Assembly: GCA_029717555.1 (NCBI GenBank)
Contig: JAMDHS010000014.1
Span: 248,001 to 312,000, forward strand
DNA length: 64,000 nucleotides
DNA from: Peribolospora baueri
Lineage: Eukaryota
Direction: 5' to 3'
Made by a program: the position numbers and the translations under genes. How positions within the stretch are numbered: the first letter of the stretch is position 1; every line of letters begins with the position of its first letter. Below are positions 39,996 to 51,936 of the stretch, one piece after another. The notes beneath the pieces were generated by a model. It saw only the letters and a program-made list of their open reading frames with translations, did no database searches and was not told the DNA's origin.

Positions 39996-41344
39996 AGCGC
40001 TCGTTCTTCCTCGCCTACCCTTCCCTTTAAACCATCATCCTTTAAACCGCGAAAGGTGTGAAGTTGCTCGCCAGATTTAACGTCGCGTTTTCTTTGTGGA
40101 GGCTTGCTTTTTAAACTGGATGAATAAATGAGAACCTCGACTCGCCCTGGCGTGTGTCGTGTGTCGTGCGTCGGAGGCGAACGCGAAACGATTTTCACCA
40201 TGGAAGAATACAGGACTCGAGCGGGGCATAATTGACCGCCTCGGTGGCCGTGGCTCACCGCGTGGCTCACCTAACCGCCCAATGATTGGTTCACGAAACC
40301 TGGAGTGCGTCTTGCATAACTGTGGAAAGCAGGAAGCGTGAGCTAAACAGCATATAGCGTAGTTACCCAGTAGTTACCCAGGTGACCGTCGCTTCCACCA
40401 GTGTGTCTCCTTGAAATATTTGGAATAAAAAACAAAAGATGTAAACGTACCTGTTCGCGGGTAGTGTACTTCAGGATGGGGACGTGCGAGAACAGGGCGA
40501 ATGTACTACTGATGCGTTTAGGGAGGGACGTTGTCATTCGCAGAGAGGGCACCTTAGGCTTCCAGAATGTGCCCATCCCAGAGCGTTGAAACGAGGTCGT
40601 CCGGCGAGGCAAAGTTGCTCGTCAAGCGCCCGTCACGGTCGCGAAAGAAGGACGCGCTTAGAATTGCGACGCGGCGGACTAGACGAGGTGGCCTTCCACA
40701 CCGGCGTTCAGGTATGTGAACGACGTCGGACAGCAGCACCCAATCATTTACTTCAAAGGGGAAGGGGGAACCATTTCGCATAAGCAAGACCGCTATAGAC
40801 GAGTCCAACATGGCCAATCGATGCGAACCACAGTCTTGGCGATCAACGTCGTGCAGTACGCTGGCTAGTCGTCCTATCAACGTGTGTATAACTGGGTGCG
40901 CTTCAGCCGGCAATCGCGGGGAGGACTATACTGGGCGGAGAGGACTACACTGGACGGGGAAGACTTGATATATCCGAATCGCTTCCATAGTCGGCATAGT
41001 AGGGAGGCCTGCAAGGCCGGCTGAAACAGGTGCATCGTGCTGCGTCATCTAAAATGTCTCCCAATGGCCACCGTCGAGTTTATGCTCGGTCAGACTGGAT
41101 GGCTCTTTCAATACCGACCCGCACATTTTCAGACACAGCTGCCTGTGAACCATCTGTCAGGGCATGTCTATCATACGGTACTCGTCCCATCTATCTTTCA
41201 CATCAATCGACGGGACTTTCCTTCCCTGTGCCCCCGGTTAAGGGTTGATGTGCTTGGGGATGGAAATCCGTTGGCAATCTTAAGGAAACGGTGGCGTCAG
41301 CGCTCGGCTCCACATCTATAGTCAAGGGTTCACACAGACACTCA

Positions 41345-42331
41345 CTAGTTCACGCCGAAAAGCATCCAAAGATTGTCAGACCGTTTGCGGTAGGCCATGT
41401 CGATGTCGGCCAAGTCGACAGCGCGGCGGGAAGCGTTCGCGGCTTTGTCTGCCGCATAGCCAAGACCCGCGATAGCACCCACGGCTCCTATCGCGGCACC
41501 CCCAAACCTCCAATGCTCCTTATTCAAGTCGTCCTGGAGTTGTTGTTGCTTTCCGTTATTTACGGGGTTAGGAGGGGCAGGCCCCGGGTTGGATTCCCCG
41601 AAGGGCCGCGAGAAGTTCGGGACAGCCCTTAGGAGTACCTGTCTTTGGCATGGCGCAAAGGGACGGAGCAACGTCAGTGACTTGGGGGGACCCTTCAGAG
41701 CACGAGATGGTCCAAGAGCTGGCGCTTACCGTCTTGAAGTCGTTCGCATCCCTACGCATGTTGTACCCCTCGTCCCGGGCCATATTGTCGCGAAGCTGCA
41801 TGTACTCGTCGTCGGCCCGTTTGGTGCTATTGCCCTGCGGGTGATGAGCAAGGGAGTAAATTCCGGCAATACCGGCTCCAACCGCCGTTGCGCCGGCAAC
41901 TCCGGTAAGGGCCGACCCGGCTATTGACCATTTGTTCACGTATTCTTTGGTGAGTTCTTTGGATGCTCTCGAGTCGAGCGAGTCGAGACCGCGGCGGGAC
42001 GCGTTGTTGGATTTGACCGCCTGGTCCGCCGCGAAGTAGAGAGCCGTGCCACCGGCTCCGACAGCGGCCACTCTGCCAGCAAAACGGAGCTGGTTCCCGT
42101 GGAGCTCCGATTTGAGCTTGGCTTGATCAAAACCAGAGCGGACGTCCAACGTGCGAGCTACGAGACCGCCATCGAGCTGGACCTGTGACGTCCGAAATAC
42201 CAAAGTCAGCAGGGGCGCATGAGGACGTTTACCGGTCGGTAAGGGCCACTCACTTGGGCAGGGACGGGAGCTGCAGAAGCCACGCTGGCGGCGAGGGCCA
42301 GGAGAGAGGGGATGACACGAGCAAACAACAT
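41345..42331 (-). CDS. Secreted Kex2-type repeat precursor with three Gly/Ala-rich hydrophobic peptides (274 aa, 3 exons)
   Basis: Exons 42331-42254, 42182-41730 and 41638-41345 are joined by phase-0 GT..AG introns of 71 and 91 nt with CTGAC branch points. Signal peptide MLFARVIPSLLALAASVASA-AP; repeats end in N-x-S/T-RR/KR. Confidence 0.8.
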
Positions 42332-45300
42332 GCTTTACCGAGTAGATGGATCACTGGCGATGTTGTGAGAGAATGTGGGGAGTGAAAATACAACCTGAAC
42401 CTGCAGGTGTAAGGGAGAACAATAAGGGAAAAGAAGAGTGGACCTGAACCGGCAGGAAAGAAACAGAGGGGGAGGACTTGTTGGGGGTGAGACACAGAGA
42501 AGAGAGCTTTTTCGCCGCTCGAGATGGGCGGTATTTAACTTTTTGGCGATCGCTCCACACGGCCGGTCGGAACGGCGATCCGACGTCAACGATCGCAAGT
42601 CGCAGTCACTGGCGAACATCTGGAGGCGCCAACCATATATCGGTGCAGGAGATATAACGCCAAGGGTTGGGCGCAGGCGCCAGCCAAGACGGGAACTCGG
42701 CTCGAAGAGTTGCATGACTGTGGACAGCGACGACCTGGAAGCAAGATGGAGTGAATTTCACCGTCTGGCGGCGGGGGAGGGGTGAGTCCGCGCCTACGGG
42801 AGAAAATAGCCCCACCTTGGTCGAGGACAAGGCGAAAAAAAAAGGTAATTTAGTGCTTGCGGGCGTCGTCTGTCTCGCCGCCGCTGGTCAGACACGTTGT
42901 CGTTCCTTTTTTTGCGTCCCCTTCCATCGACGTCGGCCACTCCTGTGGACGCGATTGCTTGCTGCGGCGCACGTGCATCGGGAATTTGTCGTTTCTCCCG
43001 ATCGCCCAATTACGGAGCGCCGAACGATCATCTCTGGGCGGATCACTCCGCACGTGTGCACGGATAACCACGACCGCGAAAGCTGCGACGTCGGTCGGAC
43101 CTTTCAGCACACGATCGAGCACACGAACTAGGTTTATTCGCGCAGGGGAGTGCGGCCGGCTCGCCTGGGGTTCGGGCAGATTCAGTCGACAAAACCAGCA
43201 AAGGATGGACGGCTCTACCAGGTTCTCCTTGTCGCGCCCTAGGGGTGCAAAGACGGGAGTGTCTACACGCCACAAGAGAAATGTTGCGATCTCCATCGAT
43301 CATACGGCTCGTGGTGGTTTGCGCGAGTCCTCACGGACAGGCGATACGAACGTGACAGCGGCAGTCAGTCAGAGCTCAGCTCAAGCTCTCCACTTATCGC
43401 AGCGTTCATCACGTCCGCGACATGGAGACGCAGATTTTCAGCCGGCAAAATAAAATTTCCACGCCCGGATTTCGGCAAGCAACCACCTACGATGAATAAA
43501 TAATCCGGTCAGGTTGGCGCAATAACTCCCACCGCCTCTTTTCCCTCAATCCCACACACCTATTCCTCAACCTTCTCCCTCCGACATCGTAATTACTCGC
43601 CTCTCGTTCTTTTAAATTATCTACGGCTCTCCCCCTCAAACCTGTCGTTCCATTTTACTAAAGTAAACTGCCTGCTTCCTCCGCATGAATGGCTCATTTT
43701 TTTTTCGAGGCCGAATGCTTTAGCCGTTCCCACCGGAGCGATCGACGATAGCGCTGAGGCACGGCGACTGTCAATCGTCCTAGATAATTTACTCGCTGAC
43801 TTTCATCTTTCTTGGACGAGCGCGAGAGTGGAGTCGACCGTCGAAGCGAGGAGGGAATGAAGGTGCGATGGGAGAGCCACGCTCAGAGGCAGCGAAGGGA
43901 GCCGAGAGACATGGCCGCTAAGGTCTTCAGAGGAAGGGGACGGAGAGGACGACACACCGGCCTCTCCACGCCCATTTCTTGACACACCGAGGCTGGCGGG
44001 CACGAGCACGAGCGCTGTCAAGCGCAGGTCATGAGTGGTGCAATAGGCACACACCGTCTGCCTTGTCCTTTGCCTGCCTTCCTCCTTCCTCACGTCGGCC
44101 ACGATAGGAATGAGCGCCCGATCAGCTTCTTCCTACGTCCACCGAGCCGAGGAGGAGAACGGAAGCCGAGGTTCAGATGCGGGGAGGAAAATAAAGGCGT
44201 AGGGGAGGGAGAGGTTCGTCCCAACCAGTTATGTCTTGTAGATCGGTGAGAACCATGGCGCGACGGCTACAGCAACTCGGACAGAATTCAGGGCGGCGCC
44301 GCAAGAAAGAGGGAACGCCCTTGCGCCCTCTGTACTATATAACCTCGGAACGGGGGTCGATTCCAAGCCAGACGCGCGTCGCGGAAGCTCGAGCCGAGCG
44401 GCCGAGCCTGGAACGGGGGATTCCAGAATGGACTGGTCGCAGCGGGATGGAGGAGGCCGCAATGGCAATCACGTCGAGCGAGGGGGCAGGGCACCTTGGG
44501 ATCGCGCTCGCCGCAATGGAGATCGGGTTGCCGCAATGGAGATCGACGCGCTGCGATCACGAACAGGCTGGCTGGCACCGCTCTGTTGAAATCTAACCAC
44601 CATTATTCTGTCATTCGAAAAGGTTCCCGATATGGGAGGCTCTGCAAATGTCCTTGGCGAACGATCAAGCTCTCTCACGTTGTCCATAAATATGGCGGCG
44701 AGACTGCAGCGCAAGCTGGCACCCATCGAGGCCCGCCATGGAGCCTCTGCAACTTGCTGGAAGGCGAAATCTTCGCAATATTGTGTTGCTCTCCCACTAT
44801 AGCCCATGTACTTGCCCGAACTATGCAGCACTTTTGCACATTGGCCACCGCGTTCCTTCCAAGCCTCGATAGAGCGGCGCTGGTCACGATTCGATCGGAG
44901 GCCCCCTGGCTGCTTCCTTGGACTGTTGTTGGGAAAGCCTGGTGGACCGAAGAGTACAAACGGTATGCGAGGAGATAAGGGTAAGTAGGTGAAACAATAG
45001 CAGGACGTTGACTACTCTTGTTCGGTGCTTTCTGTCAAATTGGCGCATTCGCTGTGTTCCCCCATACAGGCCAGCAGCTTCCCCTGGTGCGCCTACTTAT
45101 CAGTGTGCTGCACCTCTGACAGTGTGCGAAATCGCCGCCGCATCTGGGGATGTATCCGTCAGTTGATGCAGACTGCACAACAGCACAGCTTGATCGAATC
45201 ATAATGGTGCACAGCCAAGGTGCTGGACAAAGCTTTCGAACTTGGTTAACTGACGGGGACGGAGATACGTCGCCTGTTGCATCTCTTTTTCGAAGTTGTT

Positions 45301-46485
45301 TTGGGCTTCGAATGCATCCTGCAGCATGGGAAAAAGAAATTGAACAAAAAGGTAAGACGCCATGCAGTTTCCCTTGTATGAGAGCTTGTTAATTGTAGCT
45401 CGGGGCAACAGCATTGTCTATCACGTCTTCTAGGATAAAAGGACCATACTCGGTTGAATATCATGGTAGCGTTTCCCACTCTTAAAGGACTTTCGAAACA
45501 GACAGGAAACTTCTTCGCGTTTGTGACAGCCCCGTGTGGCTTCGCGATCCCAAGGCGATGCCAGCGCGACGACGAGCCGCAACTCGAATCGGATAACCGA
45601 GTGGAGCTAAGCCGATAGGTGTTGGACAGGAAGCAGAGGGAGAAACGGACAAAGGGTGGCCGAACAATGGTGAGTCGGCGTCGCAGATGGTGGCGAGGAC
45701 AAAGGAAGGCGGGCGCCTTTGTGCCCGGCGCACTGTCAGGTCTGGGCAGCAGATGCTCGAGGTTGTTAACATTTCGTCAGACCAATACCCTGCGCACGGT
45801 GAGAAAAAGTGTACCAGACCTCCTAAGTCAAACAACATGTGCGTACGGAATGCAAGCGAAGAAAGGTGGCCGATTATTATCTTGTCACCAAGCGTGACAT
45901 TCCGGACTTTGTCACACCTTGGAGTTGCGAATCGAAGGCGTGAATGACCATTGCCAGTCGCAAATGTCGACCATCCCCAAGCCGAGGAGTGTGACGGGCT
46001 AGGGTCCTGCAAAGATGGCCTCGCCGTCTTGAAGGAGAGGCGGCAGACCCACTTAAATAACCGGAGGCGTACCTGTAAGCTATAAAGCGTACCCACCCGC
46101 ACGACGACGTGCAATCGTAGGACGATTCCTCAACACCGGGACTACCTTCATAACATGCGCAAATTTCTTTGGATCATGCTGTGTCGAAAGTCCATACTGT
46201 GCAGTTAGGGTTAGGGTAATCAGACTGCTCAGTACACGGTACGCGCCGCGCCCACCGTCGGCCCTTGCCTGGTCGGCCGGGGCCGATCATCCATCTCCTA
46301 TCTCCCTGAAGGCGCCGATCCAACGCGTCCTATTTCTCATTTCTCCCTCGGATACCCACTATTTATTCGGCGGTGGTTCTACCCACGGGCCCTGAGTGTC
46401 TCACCGTGTCTGCTTCCTGCGTTGAGCGGACAAGAAAGCGTGGCCTCCGAGGGCAAAGCTCCGACGCCGCGAAGGACGGCCAACG

Positions 46486-48955
46486 ATGGCCGGGATCGCA
46501 AAGACGCCACGCCCTCCGCTCGCGCCCCTGGGCCCACCGGCGCCTAGTGCACCTGCCATTGGCGCGCTGCTGGCTTCGGGTTATGTTTCGCCGCAACTTC
46601 GTCGCAGCTCTCCTCGGTGGACCTGCACCACTCACGCTTTTCCTGCTGCCACCCCTCGCAGGCTCTGGGACGGCCCTCCTGCGACGGCGCAGGGCGGTCC
46701 ATTGGCTGAGAAGGATTTTCCGGCCGTCGTCTACCCCCTCCCAGTGCCAACGCCGGGCGCTCGGTCCACCGCCGCCATGCTCGCCGTCAATAGGTATCTG
46801 CACCGGTCCCAGAAGTCGAGCGATGATGTCCGTGCCTCTGCCGGGATCTTAACCGTGGTCATGGTGCATGGCAACGGCTTTTGCAAAGAGGTGCGCCGGT
46901 CGTCGTAAGAGCGAGCCAGCAGCCACGGAGCTGCGTGGGGCGCACGTATTACCCGCTTCAACTATGCCTGACTTTCCTTTGCGTTTTTGTCTTCTTGGCT
47001 CCTGTCCGTCAGATGTGGGAGCCCACTATCGGCTCTCTGCTGGATGGCCTTGATGCGAGCAGCCGGCGGCCGAAGGCGGTCGAAGTCTGGGCTTTCGACT
47101 TGTTCGACCAAGCGGACAGCGCCGTCTGGCGCGTGCCATTACAGGAGAGAGGATACAACGGTCTGTCTATACTACTCCTTTGCCCCCGCTTTATTATCCC
47201 TATCGTGTTCCTCGCCCCCTTCTTCCTTAGACCTCTTCCACCTCGCCTCCCCGGGCGGCCCGGTCCCTTTCGGCGGCCCCTGACCGTGTGCAGTTTCCGT
47301 CTCCTTTCTGAACTGCCTGTTGCAGGCGATGCAGGTGATTACGCAAGGGATCTGATTCAGTTCGTCCGCTCTTTCCTTCCTCGGCCATCGGACGGAAGCG
47401 CCCCGCCCTACTTGCTGCCCCGCTGCGAGGAGGAGAACGCGCAGCTGGCGACAACCTTGACTGTTGTCGGTCACTCCATCGGGGCCCAGGCTGTGTGAGT
47501 CCAACCCTCTGCAAGATCCCCACGTCGAGTGCATGAGGACCGCCAAGAGCGTTCAGCTTAAGGCCGCGGCGTCTTTCCTCTTCTCTCCGCCGCCTCCCTC
47601 CGTCCTCTCCCTCCCTTCGCGCGGGAGCTCAGTCTGTTGGCCGCACAGTCCTGCCCCGATCTGTTTCCCCGGATCGTCGTCATTGAGCCCGTTGTCGTAC
47701 GGCCCGAGTCTGCGGAGCGCACTAGGCAGAGGTTGCCTCTGGTCCGTTCCTCCCTTGCTAGGAAGGACAGGTGGAAGGACAGGTAGGCATCCTAGGGTTA
47801 GATGGCGCGCCTTTGACGGGAGGGAAAGGACGCTTGCCTCTGCGCCCCCTAACGTCACCGTCGCCGGGTCCTTTTTCGCTAGGTCCGCTGCCAAACGGTT
47901 TCTCGACGACAATGTGTTCAGCAAGAGCTGGACAAAAGAGGTCAAGGACCTGTTCGTAGTGAGCATATGCTTTCCCCCTTTTCCTGCGATAAGGGACCTT
48001 CCAATGATGGATGCCCTTTCGAGCTTCTGACGTCGTCGATGATTGCCCTCCGGTTCTCCGCGAGCAGCGGTACGCCCTTCGCCCTTTGCCTGATGGCTCG
48101 GTGATGACCAAAACAAGCAAGATCGTGGAGACGGTGAGTTGCCGGCCTTTCTCCACTGGCGACAAAGGCTTCTGCCTGCGACGTCTCGGAGGTCGGCGTG
48201 GATCAGTCTCTGAACGTTTTTGTTTTTTTTTGTGCCCGGCGGCAACCGCCCTGTTCATGGGCCGCGTCCTCTCCATTTCAAAGAGGTTGTACTGCGATTG
48301 GAACACTGCCGTGCTGGCGGCCATCCACCTTCCTAGCCTCTGTCCGTCCTGCCCTATCCTATGGGTTTACCCTGCTCGCCCGCTCATGACGTAAGGGCGA
48401 AGAGACGCGGGACGAACCCCCGTTTGCTATATCTCTGACAGAATCCGGGCAAGGCGAAAAACGTGCGCGTTGGGGCTGACCACGTCCATATCCGCGTCGC
48501 CTCTCTTCCTTTCCGTTCTTTCTTGGCCCTCTCTGCCGGCCGAAATCACGGGACCAGGTTGATGCCAGACCTAGAAAAGATATTCGATCAGATTCCCCAC
48601 TGTGAGCGCCAGCAGCTCCAAGGCGGACATTGCGTGAGCCTTTCGGTTTCTTTGTCCGCCGGCCCGCCTATCCGTCGGAGACGGTCTCACTCCAAGCCAT
48701 GCCTCCCATTGCGATGGGCCCCCCTCGGAGACAGATCCCCTTCGAGGTTCCCGAGCTGCTCGGTGAGTGCGAGACGAGCGAAGGAACGGGCGAAGCGGCT
48801 GTGATGGGTTGTGTTGTCATGTTGGAGCCCCGCACCTCTCGAGTCTGAATGCGTGCGCTCTCCGGCATCGCGCATCCTACATCTGCGTCTCAGGCAAGCG
48901 TATTGCCCAGTTCATACAGGCAGGACCTGTCACGTCGCGGCCTTCTAACCTTTGA
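46486..48955 (+). CDS. Alpha/beta hydrolase (Abhydrolase_6, Lpx1-like) with PTS1-like C-terminus
   Basis: HGNGFCKEMWEP, EVWAFD, nucleophile elbow VGHSIGA, catalytic His in GGHCIPFEVP; last exon ends SRPSNL*. Confidence 0.82.
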
Positions 48956-50450
48956 ATGCTCCCTACAATGGACGATTCCTTCCCGAAGCTCTCGGAACGT
49001 TCCTCGCTGTAAAATCGCATCTGACCGTTAAGGATTGTCTTACAATTGTAGAATTGTCAATGTTTCGTTGGTATCGCACGGGGCGGCGCGGGGGGGGAGC
49101 ACCGCCTCGCCGTGCGCCCAGCGGACGAAGGGCCGAGATGGCGCGGAAGGAGACTGAAAGTTGCCTGCGGGCGGGGGGTGGCGATCGTAAGGGAGTTAGC
49201 GGCGGCAAAGGGAGACGGGTGGCTTTTCGTAAGGTTCGCGTGTACGGAGCTCGGTACGGAAGCACCCGTCGGCCAGCTTCGCCATTCGAGTTTCGCCGGC
49301 CCGGCCGGTCCGACGCTCCCCTGTCCCTGCGGCGACGCCATGCACGCTTTTCCCGTCCGTCACTGCCCTACACTCTGCTGTCGGGCGCGCCTCGCGAGGA
49401 CGGATCTAGTTGTGCTCGCGCTCTTCCTGCGCCGAGCCAGTCCTCGTTGCCCAGCGCAAAGGGACGTCAGGTTATGAATTTGGGAAAGAATTTCGTGAGC
49501 GGACCAAAGGAAAATGAATACACGCAGGAGCAGGCATGCCAGGTGCCCCACGTCGCCCCTACATAGATAGGCGGGAGCAGCGAGGGGGACCGGAAGATCG
49601 AAATCTCGAGGCGGCTCTATTCGCGCGTTCGCTAGAGGGCAAGATTCCCCGCTCCTCTTTTCCGGATGGGTGAGGCCTCTATGGACCCGAGAACGAGGGG
49701 CTCGATTCCTTGAAGCGGACGCAAGCGAGCACGTTTCGCCAGCGACCTGGGCACCTCGTCCGATCCGGACGTGCGTAAATCCAACTCACCGCCTTACCTC
49801 GTCCCGTTCGCACGTGAGGCTCGTGTAAAAAGAGTTGGCGTGCTGCAATTGTCGTTTGGTGGCCGCGTGCATTTGCCTCTACCGCGGCATCTCCAATCAC
49901 ATGCCCCCGGTGATCCGCGCTCCGCGTCACCATGCTCCAGCGATCCCGCAGACATGTTATCGATTCCGCGACAATCGCGTCGGTGCTGGCGCTTCTTTCA
50001 CCGCGGACAAGATCCTCTCCGAAGCTCGAAACTCCTTTCTTTTCACCGCAAGGATGTCTAATCGCCCGTGGCCGTCCCGGTGCGATGCGATGGTGGCGCG
50101 ACCAAAAACGGAAAAGAAAGGGGAACAGTTATAAAGCTCTTAGCAGGCGGACGCAGGTCGCAGGACGGACATGCGATACATTAGACGGGAAGAGGAGCCA
50201 TCCGGCGGGCGAGGGACCGCCAGCAAGGCGCAGCAGCGGGCCGTAAGGGGCCGGCGGAGAAGAGCAGGAAAGACAGACAGGGGGTGGTCGGAGAGATGAA
50301 AAAACGTAAAAAAGGGAAAAAGGCCGTCGAAAGGACAAAAAAAGAAAAGAAGGGCAAAAAAAAGGCTGGGGTATTGAAGGTGAAATAAATAGGTATGGAA
50401 GATAATAGAATGCCGCAGTCAAGCGGCCAGGACGGGATGTGCGTTCACGC

Positions 50451-51936
50451 CTAAGCCTTCCACGTCTTTTGGCCTATAAGGATGCGAGCGATGATGAAGA
50501 GTACACTAGCGCCGGCGAGCATGCCGCCCCCGTAGAACGTCATGGAATTATAGATGTTAGCCGGGTTAACGTTGGGGTCCTGCGCCGAGTTGGTGATGAG
50601 CCGACCGCCAGCCGGCTCGCCGCCGAGGACGCCCATGGCCATCACGGTGCACGACATGCCGACGTAGACGCCGGTGAGGCGGGGTTGCGGGACCAGTCGG
50701 ACGATGCCGGGGGTGAGCATGGCGACAACACCGCCGGAGGTGAAGCCGTAGAGGCAGGTCCAGACGATGATGGCTGCGTTGGTCTCACAGGCGCTCCAGC
50801 AAAAGGCGAGGACGGTGGAGGCGACGCAGGCGGCGATAACCGAATTGGCTGTCCCGACGCGGTCCGCAGCGAAACCGGTGAACCAGCGGCCAAAGAAGGA
50901 GGCGGCGTTGAGGATAGCGGAAAAGTAGAATGCGGTCTCGGTGGAGGCGCCGCGGAAGATGCCGTACGGGGTGAGGAAGAAGAAGGGGAGGTATAGGCCG
51001 AAGAAGGAGATGAGACAGGCCAAAGTCCAGAAGAAGAAGCGCGGGTCCGAAAAGGCCATCTTGAACGGGGGAGGGCCTTTGCTCATGTTGCGAGGGAAAC
51101 GTGTCTTGGTGAGGTATGAGGCGAGGAGAAGAACGGCGAGTTGAATGAAGGCCACGGCGCGGACAGCCCAGCCGAACGAGACGTTGTTAAAGTTGAGCAT
51201 CCTGTTGAGCATGACCGGCCAGACGACGCCGCCGACGGACGAACCGCTGAGGGCGAGCGCGCTGGCAAGGTTGCGCTTGGTGCTGAACCACTGCGTAGGA
51301 GCGGTGATGGCCGGGTTGAAGATGAGGCCGAGGCCGATGGCGCAACAGATTCCCTGGGCGAGGAAGAATTGGTAGTATTCCTTGCAAATAGACGTCATGA
51401 AGATGCCAAAGACAAAGACGACGGTGCCGATGAAGTTGGGAGGCTGTGCCGGCAAGACAGGAAAGAGAGACGGACGCAAGGAGAAGAAACGCGTCAACGC
51501 CGGTGCCGCCGGAGGCGCAAGCGAGACGAGTCCTCACCCTGGCTCCATACTTGTCAAGAAGGATGCCGGCGGGGAGACCGACGCCAAATATGCCCCAGAG
51601 CTGTAGGCTGCCAATCCACGCGATGGCCGATTCGGAGCGGTCCGCGAGCTGATGGGCCTTGTAATACGCTTGGAAGACACCGAAGGAGTTGACGATGCCG
51701 AAGCCGCAGAACATGGTGAGGAAGCCGCCGAGGACGACGAGCCAGGCCTCTCTGCCGCCGTCGGGGAACGTCATCGGCGGCGGGGCCGGGGGGGCCTGCG
51801 GAGCCGGCGTGACCTTGTCGTGGCCGTTCCCCTGGAGCTCCAGGTCGTTGACCGTGTCGGCCTGGCCCGCACGGACGCTGTCGTCCTTCAACATTTGCAT
51901 TGTGGATCCGCTGCTGTACCGGTAGGCACCGTCCAT
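50451..51936 (-). CDS. MFS monocarboxylate-transporter-like protein (Mch family), 2 exons
   Basis: FPDGGREAWLVVLGGF, NSFGVFQAYY, IAWIGSLQ, YYQFFLAQGI, QWFSTKRNLA, AILNAASFFGR..GFAADRVG. Confidence 0.92.

Noticed and set aside
44231..46114. ORFs of 120-210 aa in the gene-poor interval
   Set aside because: No recognisable motifs, atypical composition, and no coherent exon chain could be built.
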